From NCBI GenBank assembly GCA_041166245.1, contig JBEEFQ010000071.1:1-53464 (forward strand): a stretch of 53,464 bases of DNA, read 5' to 3'. The translations under genes and the position numbers were made by a program. Source of the DNA: Actinomycetota bacterium. Its GTDB lineage: Bacteria > Actinomycetota > Acidimicrobiia > Acidimicrobiales > JAFATL01. Of this stretch, positions 7,773 through 15,498 are shown piece after piece. Each line of letters starts with the position of its first letter. Position 1 is the stretch's first letter. A model generated the notes under the pieces. It ran no database searches, had not been told where the DNA came from, and saw only the letters and a program-made list of their open reading frames with translations.

Positions 7773-9989
7773 ATGAACTTCGTCGAGTACATCACCGAAC
7801 TACTGCGGGATGCGGGACGGCTCACGGGCTTCCTCGATTCCCCGAGGCAGGACATGGCCGCGCACGGCTTCGGCAACAAGTCGCTGGCCGACGCCCGAGA
7901 GGCGATGAGCCTGGCCCGGGTCGGAGCGGACGACGACAACGCGTTCCGCCGGCTCGACTCGGCCTTCGCCCGGTCGTTCGGCGCTTTCGCCGGCAGTGAT
8001 GCCGACGTCGCCAACATCAGCGACGGTTCGGCCAGCCTGCGCACCGGCGACGTCAACGTGCAGGGGGCCTCGGGTCCCAGCATCATCGAGCAGAGCCAGA
8101 ACATCGGCCGGGGCGGCATCAACACCGGTGACCAGGCCGCTCGCATCGACAACGACACCAACGTGCGGGCGAACACCGGTGGCAACACTGTGATCGGCAA
8201 CGCCTCCCGCAACACCAACATCGTCGACCAGGACGCAGCGGCCATCGGCGGCCGGGGCGGTCGCGGCGGCGCCGTCGCCAGCAACCAGGCCGACGTCTCC
8301 AACGTCAGCGACGGCACGGCCAGCCTGCGCACCGGCGACGTCAACGTCAGTGGCGCGTCCGGTCCGAATGTCATCGACCAGAGCTCCAACGTCGGTCGGG
8401 GCGGCATCAACACCGGTGACCAGACGGCCATCATCGACAACGACACCAACGTGAGCGCCAACACCGGTGGCAACACTGTGATCGGCAACGCCTCTCGCAA
8501 CACCAACATCGTCGACCAGGACGCGGTGGGCATCGGCGGCCGTGGCGGTCGCGGCGGCGCCGTCGCCAGCAACCAGGCCAACGTCTCCAACGTGAGCGAC
8601 GGCACGGCCACCCTGCGCACCGGCGACGTCAACGTCAGTGGCGCATCCGGTCCGAATGTCATCGACCAGAGCTCCAACGTGGGTCGGGGCGGCATCAACA
8701 CCGGTGACCAGACGGCCGTGATCGACAACGACACCAACGTGCGGGCCAACACCGGTGGCAACACCGTCATCGGCAACGCCTCCCGCAACACCAACATCGT
8801 CGACCAGGACGCGGTGGGCATCGGTGGCCGGGGCGGTCGGGGTGGCGCCATCGCCAGCAACCAGGCCGACGTCTCCAACGTGAGCGACGGCTCGGCCAGC
8901 CTGCGCACCGGCGACGTGAACGTCAGCGGTGCCTCCGGTCCGAACGTCATCGACCAGAGCTCCAATGTGGGCCGGGGCGGCATCAACACGGGCGACCAGA
9001 CGGCCCGCATCGACAACGACACCAACGTGCGTGCCAACACCGGCGGCAACACCGTGATCGGCAACGCCTCCCGGAACACCAACGTCGTCGACCAGGACGC
9101 GGTTTCCCTGGGCGGGCGGGCGGCACCCGCCGCCACGGCCGCGGCGGCGGTCTACGGAGTCGAAGGCGAGCTCGACGACGGCGGTCAGCCGACGGCCTAC
9201 TTCAACAAGATGGGCGACCAGGGTGCGATGGTCGACCCCGATGCCGACGTCCAGGACCACGGTCAGATGGAGGCCAACACCGGCGGCAACCCCTCGGGCC
9301 ACGCGACCGAGATGACGCCGGCGAACGCCCCGTTCGCGCCCGACGACAGCATCTCGGGCTCCCTGCCCGGCGCGGGGCAGACACCGCTGTGGGAACCCGG
9401 GATGGGAACGACGCCGACCCCGCCCGCAGATCCGTCACCGTCACCGAGCGGGCAGCCGTCGCCGTCACCGTCGCCGGTGGGCCAGCCCGACGACACCTTC
9501 CAGCACTCGCCGTTGAGCCCGGCGCCTGGGGGGCAGTCGATGATCGACAGCCACGTCGACGGCCTGCTGGCCCAGGTCGACGGGTACGTCGACGGGCTGG
9601 ACAACGACTACGGCGGCGGCGTGAACGCCCAGGTCCACATGGGCAACGCCATCGACGACCACGTCGACGTCCAACTGGCCCAAGCCGGCGTCGGCGACGA
9701 CGGCTACGGCACGGGGCACGTCGACGTGGGGTCCGACGCCGACATGGGTACGCCGCACGATTCGGCACCGTCGCCGGCGCCCTCGGCGTCCCCGTCGCCG
9801 ATGCCCGACCCGGATCCCGCGCCGTCGGCGTCACCGAATCCGTCGCCCATGCCCAGCCCGTCACCGGCCCCGGTGGACCCGGATGGGCTCGACGAATTCG
9901 ACTCGTTCGACAAGCGGAACGAGCACTCGTCGGCGGACGACCATGGCTCCGACCCCATGGACCACGACGACTTCGACGACATCGGCTGA
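7773..9989 (+). CDS. IniB N-terminal-domain protein with four 96-aa N/G/T/D/V-rich repeats and a Pro/Ser/Asp-rich acidic tail
   Basis: ATG 7773 is preceded by AGGAGGGG. The N-terminus MNFVEYITELLRDAGRLTGFLDSPRQDMAAHGF closely resembles the mycobacterial IniB N-terminus as I recall it. The track ORF start at 7416 is a spurious extension. Confidence 0.8.
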   Translation: MNFVEYITELLRDAGRLTGFLDSPRQDMAAHGFGNKSLADAREAMSLARVGADDDNAFRRLDSAFARSFGAFAGSDADVANISDGSASLRTGDVNVQGASGPSIIEQSQNIGRGGINTGDQAARIDNDTNVRANTGGNTVIGNASRNTNIVDQDAAAIGGRGGRGGAVASNQADVSNVSDGTASLRTGDVNVSGASGPNVIDQSSNVGRGGINTGDQTAIIDNDTNVSANTGGNTVIGNASRNTNIVDQDAVGIGGRGGRGGAVASNQANVSNVSDGTATLRTGDVNVSGASGPNVIDQSSNVGRGGINTGDQTAVIDNDTNVRANTGGNTVIGNASRNTNIVDQDAVGIGGRGGRGGAIASNQADVSNVSDGSASLRTGDVNVSGASGPNVIDQSSNVGRGGINTGDQTARIDNDTNVRANTGGNTVIGNASRNTNVVDQDAVSLGGRAAPAATAAAAVYGVEGELDDGGQPTAYFNKMGDQGAMVDPDADVQDHGQMEANTGGNPSGHATEMTPANAPFAPDDSISGSLPGAGQTPLWEPGMGTTPTPPADPSPSPSGQPSPSPSPVGQPDDTFQHSPLSPAPGGQSMIDSHVDGLLAQVDGYVDGLDNDYGGGVNAQVHMGNAIDDHVDVQLAQAGVGDDGYGTGHVDVGSDADMGTPHDSAPSPAPSASPSPMPDPDPAPSASPNPSPMPSPSPAPVDPDGLDEFDSFDKRNEHSSADDHGSDPMDHDDFDDIG
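8001..9110 (+). repeat. four in-frame tandem repeats of 288 bp inside the IniB-like CDS
   Basis: Unit starts at 8001, 8289, 8577 and 8865 (GCC-GAC/AAC-GTC...). Units differ at only a few percent of positions by eye. The last copy degenerates after about 240 bp. Confidence 0.9.
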
Positions 9990-10014
9990 CGCTGAGCGTT
10001 CGTGAAAGGAGGAA

Positions 10015-10041
10015 GCGGCCCCGGCACACTGCCGGGGCCGC
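10015..10041 (+). terminator. stem-loop after the IniB-like gene
   Basis: Perfect 11-bp stem GCGGCCCCGGC / GCCGGGGCCGC with the 5-nt loop ACACT, 26 nt after the stop. No U-tract, which is common in high-GC actinobacteria. Confidence 0.55.
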
Positions 10042-10117
10042 TCCGCGGTGGCAGGTCGGGGCCTCCTAGGGGGACATCCCCGATGGCGGGCCGTCGCTCT
10101 GACCGTACGGTGAACCC

Positions 10118-10588
10118 ATGAGCCGTTCGATCCTCGACGTGCTGGCGCAAGCGGTCGACGGCGACGCCGTCGACCTCGCCGATCACGCCCTCGGCGGCGT
10201 GGCCGGCACCGATGTCGCCTTCGCCCTCGAGCTGGGCTGGGCGTCACTGCCTCCCGATCTGGCCGCCCAGCTCACACCGCCGGTCGTCGCCGACCTCGAC
10301 GCGGGCCCGTCGGATGTCCTCGCCGCCGTGCTCGTGCACCCGCCCGAGCTGCCCGCCGACATCGTCGTCGACGAGCGGTGGGGGGCGGGCGGCGCCGAGG
10401 TGGAGCCGGCTCCCGTCGCCGACGATCTCGACTTCGAGGCCGATATCGCCGTCTCGTCGTGGGCCACCCACGACCTCGACGACCCCCTCGAGGCTCGGTC
10501 CGACGCCTCCGAGTCCATCGTCGCCCAAGACGACCACGACGACCTCGACGACGACCCCGACCCCTGGGACGACGACGCCCTGCTCTGA
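10118..10588 (+). CDS. hypothetical highly acidic protein
   Basis: 156-aa ORF with good GC3 bias, Asp/Glu/Pro/Ala-rich with a DDDPDPWDDDALL C-terminus. No family recognised. Confidence 0.5.
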   Translation: MSRSILDVLAQAVDGDAVDLADHALGGVAGTDVAFALELGWASLPPDLAAQLTPPVVADLDAGPSDVLAAVLVHPPELPADIVVDERWGAGGAEVEPAPVADDLDFEADIAVSSWATHDLDDPLEARSDASESIVAQDDHDDLDDDPDPWDDDALL

Positions 10589-10624
10589 GTCCGCAAACCC
10601 CAGCCGTCCTCGAGACGAGAGCTC

Positions 10625-12913
10625 TCAGGTCTCGCGGCGGAGGGCGGCGAGCATCTCGGCTCGGCTGGTGGCGCCGAGCTTCTGGCGGATGCGGGCCACG
10701 TGGTGCTCGACCGTCTTGGCCGAGATGTAGAGGCGGGCACCGATCTCCTTGTGGGTCAGGCCCTCCACGACGAGCGCGGCCACCGCCTGCTCGCGTTCGG
10801 AGAGGTCGCCGACCGCGGCATCGTCATCGACGGGGCCGTCGGCCGCCGCCAGCTCCCGGCCACACGCCAGCAGGGCGCGTGCCCGCTCGGCGTCTCCGGC
10901 CCGAAGTGCGGCGGCCCCGGCCAGGCTGGCGCCGTCCCAGCCCAGGCCCACCGCAGCCAGGCCGTGGGCCACACCGATGACGTCGTCCGCGTCGGCGGTG
11001 CCGGCGACGACTCCAGCCCAGGCCGCGGCCGCGTCGACGAGCACGACGAGCCGGGGGTGGGGGACGGGCCCGGCCGCCAACCCGTCCGCCATCGCCACCA
11101 CCCCGGCGGCGTCGCCGGCCGCCAATGCGTGCTGCAGACGCCACCAGCCCAGGTGCAGCGCCTGCAGCGGACCTGGTGCCGTGGTCAGGGGCACGGGCGG
11201 AACGATGCCCCGGCCGGGCATGCGGGCCACAGCCACTGCGATCTCGCCGCCGACCGCGACGCCGAGGTGGTCGGGGCCGACTGCAGCGAGGGCGTCGACC
11301 GCGGTGGTGGCTGCGGCCAGCAACCCGTTGGCGTCGGTGCCCCTTCGGGCGATGGCGGCCGCCACTGCCGCGCCGAGGGCGCGGTCCCGCGGCTGGGCCA
11401 GGCCGCCGATGCCGTCCAGCGCGTGGCGGGCGGCCGCGACCCGGCCCGCGGTCACCTCTACCAGCGCGCCGAGCAATCGCAGCCTGTGCTCGTGCAGCGG
11501 CCCGCCCGCTCCCGCGGCCAGGCCCCGCTCGACGAGACGCCGGGCCCGGTCCACGTCCACGAGCTGCAGGGCGACGGTGGCGGCGAGGGCGTGCGGCGTC
11601 TCGCCCGACAGCGGGCCGCCCCCGAGCTGTTCGAGCAGGGCGGCCGCCACCTCGAGCTCGGCCAGTCCTTCCGCCGGGTCGGGGCCCGTCACGGCGAGGG
11701 CGCCGGCCGCAGTGCGGTGGCTCATCTCCGCGTGCAGGGGCGGCGCTGCGCCCAGCGCGGTGGTCGCGCGCGCGTACGCGTCCTCGGCGGCGTCGCGGTC
11801 GCCGTTGAAGAGATGGGCGACGGCCGCCTCGTCCCATCGCTCCAGGCCCCGGGCCCACTCGGCCCACTGCCGCGGTAGGCCGGCCGCGGCCAGCACGGTG
11901 GCCGTTGCCGCTCCCGCGTCGGCGTCGCCGGGCGCGAGGTCGGCCCACCGGGCGGCGGCGAGCACGTCGCCGTTGCGGGTCGCCACCTCGGCTCGCAGCC
12001 CGGCGATCGACGCAGCTTCGGCACCGGCATCGACGGCGGCATCCAGCCAGACGGCCGCGGCGCGGGAGTCCGTCTCCCGGATGGCGCGCGCCGCGTCCAC
12101 GAGTGTCGTAACCGCTTCGGCGCCGACGGCTCCGGCCGCTTCGAGGTGGGGTGCGATCCGAACCGCGGGCGCGCCCGCGGCGGTCAGCACGTGTGCAGCG
12201 TCGGTGTGGGCCGCGACCCGCTCGGTCGCGCCGGCCAGCGACCGCACCGCGGCGGCGACCGCGGCCGGCAGGGTGCCGTCGGGAACCGCCAGCCCGGCCG
12301 CCACCAGGTCGTCAACGGCGGCTCCGTCCGGTGCGGGCAACCCGAGGGCCATGACGACCGCTGCCTGCCGGACCCCGGGTCCGAGCTGGTCCAGCTCGAC
12401 TCGCACCGCGTCGGCGTCGACGGGTGCGTCAGCCGGCGGCTCGAGCGCGACGACGGGCTGGGCGCGCGTGAGCACGCCGTCCAGCGCCGCCTGCTCGACT
12501 CCGAGCCTGCACGGCCGTCGGGCGAGGACGATCCCGCCCCCGAGTGACGGGGCCCGCTCGGCGAGGGCGGCCACGACGCGCGCCGAGAGCGGGTCGAGCC
12601 ATTGGCCGGCGTCGACGAGCAGCAGCCATGGCGCGGGCTCCAGTGCGGCCGCCAGCGCGCGCGCCAACGAGGGCGCGGAGCCGGTCAGGTCGGGGAGCAG
12701 CAGGTCGAGGACAGCACCGTCCTCGGACTGCTCCAAGCGCCGGCCCGCGACCGATGTGACGGTCGCGCCAGCGGCGGTCCACAGCCCTTCCAGCTTTGTC
12801 AGCACTGCCGACTTGCCCGAGCGACCCGGCCCCACGACGAGCGCGACCGGCGGACGGGGTCGCCCACCGCGCGGGATCAGGGCGTCAGGAAGGGGCGGCG
12901 CGTCATCCGCCAC
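10625..12913 (-). CDS. large ATP-binding LuxR-family (LAL/MalT-like) transcriptional regulator
   Basis: N-terminal P-loop VVGPGRSGKSAVL, a long Ala/Leu-rich helical repeat region, and a C-terminal LuxR HTH (LSEREQAVAALVVEGLTHKEIGARLYISAKTVEHHVARIRQKLG). Confidence 0.85.
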   Translation of the reverse strand: MADDAPPLPDALIPRGGRPRPPVALVVGPGRSGKSAVLTKLEGLWTAAGATVTSVAGRRLEQSEDGAVLDLLLPDLTGSAPSLARALAAALEPAPWLLLVDAGQWLDPLSARVVAALAERAPSLGGGIVLARRPCRLGVEQAALDGVLTRAQPVVALEPPADAPVDADAVRVELDQLGPGVRQAAVVMALGLPAPDGAAVDDLVAAGLAVPDGTLPAAVAAAVRSLAGATERVAAHTDAAHVLTAAGAPAVRIAPHLEAAGAVGAEAVTTLVDAARAIRETDSRAAAVWLDAAVDAGAEAASIAGLRAEVATRNGDVLAAARWADLAPGDADAGAATATVLAAAGLPRQWAEWARGLERWDEAAVAHLFNGDRDAAEDAYARATTALGAAPPLHAEMSHRTAAGALAVTGPDPAEGLAELEVAAALLEQLGGGPLSGETPHALAATVALQLVDVDRARRLVERGLAAGAGGPLHEHRLRLLGALVEVTAGRVAAARHALDGIGGLAQPRDRALGAAVAAAIARRGTDANGLLAAATTAVDALAAVGPDHLGVAVGGEIAVAVARMPGRGIVPPVPLTTAPGPLQALHLGWWRLQHALAAGDAAGVVAMADGLAAGPVPHPRLVVLVDAAAAWAGVVAGTADADDVIGVAHGLAAVGLGWDGASLAGAAALRAGDAERARALLACGRELAAADGPVDDDAAVGDLSEREQAVAALVVEGLTHKEIGARLYISAKTVEHHVARIRQKLGATSRAEMLAALRRET

Positions 12914-12917
12914 GGGC

Positions 12918-15437
12918 TCAGACGACAGCGAGGATCTGCAGCTCGGCGAAGCCGCCGCACGTCGGGTCCTCGTGTCCCGAGAAGTGAATGAGCATGCGGT
13001 TCCCCACGGCGTTGGGCTGGAAGGTGACGTCGGGGTCGGGTGTGCCGGGCAGCGCCGCGCTCTGTTCGAACACCAGCCGCTGTTGTGAGTCGTAGAGCTC
13101 GATGGTGACCTGCCCGAAGCCGAACCCGGTGCGGAAGTCGGGGCGGGCGTGGTTGCGGTTGGAGACGAGCTTGATCGACTGGATCATGGCCTCCGGTCCC
13201 TGCCACGCGAACGTGGAGTTGCCGTTCTCGGGCCCGGCTGAGAACCACGACGTGGCCGCGCTGCCGTCGATGGCCAGCCGGGCGGGGAACTCCCCACCGG
13301 GAAACACGGTCGACGCGTTCACGTTGCCCTGACGGGCGATGTCAGTGGCCTGCTTCGCCGCCGTGGTCGCGGGCACCGCGGTCGTGGTCGTCGCGCCCAC
13401 CACGCCCGGCAGCGAGGCGTCGACGTCCGGGCCCGCGTCGACACCTGCGGGCCGGCCGAACGGCGCACCGCTCTGGGTGTCGCGCAGGACGAACTGGGTC
13501 ACCGGCTGTTCGGCGCGCGTGACGACCTGCACGTCGGTCGGGCTGAAGCCCGTCCAGCGCGTGCCGACGTAGCGAGGAGACTCCCGCACCTCGATCGGCG
13601 CCAGCAGCGGGTTGCCGCACGCGCACTTCACGCGCGGCACGCCGAACTGGTCGAGCATGACTGCAGTGCCGGCCTGGATGACGGCCTGGAACGGGTCGGC
13701 GCGGCCGTTGCGGAAGCCGTGGTTGGTCACGCGGGTGTCGCGCAGCAGGACGACGGGAGTGAGCGACCGGATGTAGGCGGCGATGTCACCCGGCTGCACG
13801 TCCACCCCGCCGTCGCGCAGCGCGGCCCGCCACGACGACGCCTTGACCGCGTTCGTCGCGTCGGTCAGGAAGGTGATCAAGGCCTCGGCGTCACAGCTCT
13901 TGGCGTCGCGTGTGCCGCCGAAGAGGCCGGGCGTCGACCCACGACTGGTGGTGATGGCGCCGGAGTCGCCGCCGCTCGTAACAGGAGGAATTGCGACTGG
14001 AGCCACGGGCGTGGCGGCCTTGGCGACGGACGGGGTGAACGGCGCCGACCCTGTTGCGTCGGCCGACTCGAGGAAGATCTCCCCGGCGCCGGCCTTCTTG
14101 TCCCCGCCGAACACGGTTGCCGCCGCCGCGATCAACGCGATGGCCACGACCGCGGCCGCTCCAGACAGCCACTTGCGCCCCGGCTTGGCCTCGGTCGGGG
14201 GCCGGGCGGGGGGCGGCTTCCGTCCGCCCGGCGCGGCCGCAGGAGGCGGCGGCGGGGGCGGTGGGATGGGCCCGGGTGCGACCGGCAAGGGCTGGGTCGC
14301 ATCCGCGGGCGGCGCAGGCGGCGGGGGCGGCACCGTCGGGGCAGCTTCCGGTGTTCCCGCGGCTCGCGCCGCGGCCTCGGCGCCGTAGCGGGCGGCACCG
14401 AGGGCGACGGCGTGCTTGGGGTCGGCGTCGAGGGCGACGGGCCTTCCCAGCTCAGCCCCCAGCTGCTGGGCGACGATCGGGATGCGTGACGAGCCGCCGA
14501 CGAGGAGCACGGCCTTGACGCCGGCTGGCTCCACGCCCGCCGACCGCAGTGCTCGGCTCAGCGCCTGCACGGTTGGCGCGAGCGTCGGGGCGATCATGGC
14601 TTCGAACTCGGCGCGCGTCAGCCGCACCTCGGTCTGCACCGGCGGGAGGATCACGGGGATGGCGACGTCCGTGTCGGCCGAGAGTGCCTCCTTTGCATCG
14701 ATGCATTCCTCGCGCAACCGGTACACCGCGCTCAGCGCCGACGGGTCGTCGGGGTCGAGGGCTTCGAGCGCCTCCCGCACCGATCGGGCAACGTGGGTGT
14801 ACACGGCCTCGTCGAAGTCGATGCCGCCGAGGCGCTCGATGCCCTCCGGCTTGCCGAGCACCTCGAAGCCGTCCGCGGTCTTGCGCAACACGGCGGCGTC
14901 GAAGGTGCCGCCGCCGAGGTCGTAGACGGCGATGACGTCGCCCACGTCGACCCGCTCGTTGGCCGCATAGGAGATGGCAGCCGCTTCGGGCTCGGTGATG
15001 GTGGTGACCGGTATGTCGCCGAGGTCCGCCTGGGCCACGGCCTGGCCAAGCAGCTCCTGCTTGTACGGGCCCCAGTTGGCCGGGTAGCTGACGGTGACTC
15101 CGTCGGGCGGACCACCTTGGCGCTCGCGCACGGCGTCGACCACGAAGCGCAGGAGCTTGGCGGTCAACGCGTCGGCCGAGTACGGCGTTGAGCCGACCAC
15201 GATGGGCGTGGGGTCACCGAGCCGGCGCTTGAACTCGCGCACCACGCTGTCCGGTTCGAGCGACGCCCGCCGGGCTGCGGCCTCGCCCACGAGGCTCGTT
15301 CCGTCCTCTCGCAGGAACAGCACGGAGGGGATGGCGGCGGCGTGGGTCCCCAGCGTCACCACCTCGGCCCGGCCGTCGCGAACGATGGCCGCTGCCGTCC
15401 ACGTCGTGCCGAGATCCACCCCTACCCAGTAACCCAC
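12918..15437 (-). CDS. Hsp70-family ATPase domain protein with Pro-rich linker, single TM helix and extracytoplasmic C-terminal region ending in a discoidin (F5/8 type C)-like domain
   Basis: Motifs GVDLGTTWTAAA, VYDLGGGTFD and LLVGGSSRIP. Poly-Pro segment, then the TM helix AAAVVAIALIAAAATVF. The C-terminal LAIDGSAATSWFS...GFAELQI is discoidin-like. Start is GTG 15437 (preferred) or TTG 15485. Confidence 0.8.
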   Translation of the reverse strand: MGYWVGVDLGTTWTAAAIVRDGRAEVVTLGTHAAAIPSVLFLREDGTSLVGEAAARRASLEPDSVVREFKRRLGDPTPIVVGSTPYSADALTAKLLRFVVDAVRERQGGPPDGVTVSYPANWGPYKQELLGQAVAQADLGDIPVTTITEPEAAAISYAANERVDVGDVIAVYDLGGGTFDAAVLRKTADGFEVLGKPEGIERLGGIDFDEAVYTHVARSVREALEALDPDDPSALSAVYRLREECIDAKEALSADTDVAIPVILPPVQTEVRLTRAEFEAMIAPTLAPTVQALSRALRSAGVEPAGVKAVLLVGGSSRIPIVAQQLGAELGRPVALDADPKHAVALGAARYGAEAAARAAGTPEAAPTVPPPPPAPPADATQPLPVAPGPIPPPPPPPPAAAPGGRKPPPARPPTEAKPGRKWLSGAAAVVAIALIAAAATVFGGDKKAGAGEIFLESADATGSAPFTPSVAKAATPVAPVAIPPVTSGGDSGAITTSRGSTPGLFGGTRDAKSCDAEALITFLTDATNAVKASSWRAALRDGGVDVQPGDIAAYIRSLTPVVLLRDTRVTNHGFRNGRADPFQAVIQAGTAVMLDQFGVPRVKCACGNPLLAPIEVRESPRYVGTRWTGFSPTDVQVVTRAEQPVTQFVLRDTQSGAPFGRPAGVDAGPDVDASLPGVVGATTTTAVPATTAAKQATDIARQGNVNASTVFPGGEFPARLAIDGSAATSWFSAGPENGNSTFAWQGPEAMIQSIKLVSNRNHARPDFRTGFGFGQVTIELYDSQQRLVFEQSAALPGTPDPDVTFQPNAVGNRMLIHFSGHEDPTCGGFAELQILAVV

Positions 15438-15498
15438 GGGACGCGAGCGTAGGACGCGGGTGGGTAGCGTTGTCGGTGTCGGCAACGGGGGAGGGTCG

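Noticed and set aside
8001-9110. The tandem repeats as a possible CRISPR array or satellite.
   Set aside because: The units are 288 bp, directly abutting with no spacers, and in frame within a CDS that has strong codon bias. They are a protein-coding repeat, not a CRISPR array.
7757-9302. Long minus-strand ORFs (459 and 500 aa) antisense to the repeat gene.
   Set aside because: - They are mirror ORFs, as expected in high-GC coding DNA.
- They simply inherit the 288-bp periodicity.
- Their composition (Pro/Arg/Val/Ala-rich) and wrong-strand GC3 pattern argue against translation.
10749-13088. 779-aa plus-strand ORF (and several 200-390-aa ORFs) across 10700-13088.
   Set aside because: It is antisense to the LuxR/LAL gene and extremely Ala/Ser/Pro/Arg-rich with no motifs. 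The minus-strand frame carries a P-loop and a textbook LuxR HTH.
13719-14518. Plus-strand ORFs over the proline-rich linker of the minus-strand Hsp70-like gene, and the analogous minus-strand ORFs over 16005-17061.
   Set aside because: They are low-complexity mirror frames of poly-Pro/Ala coding sequence (CCG/GCC runs read as Arg/Gly). They have no independent signals.
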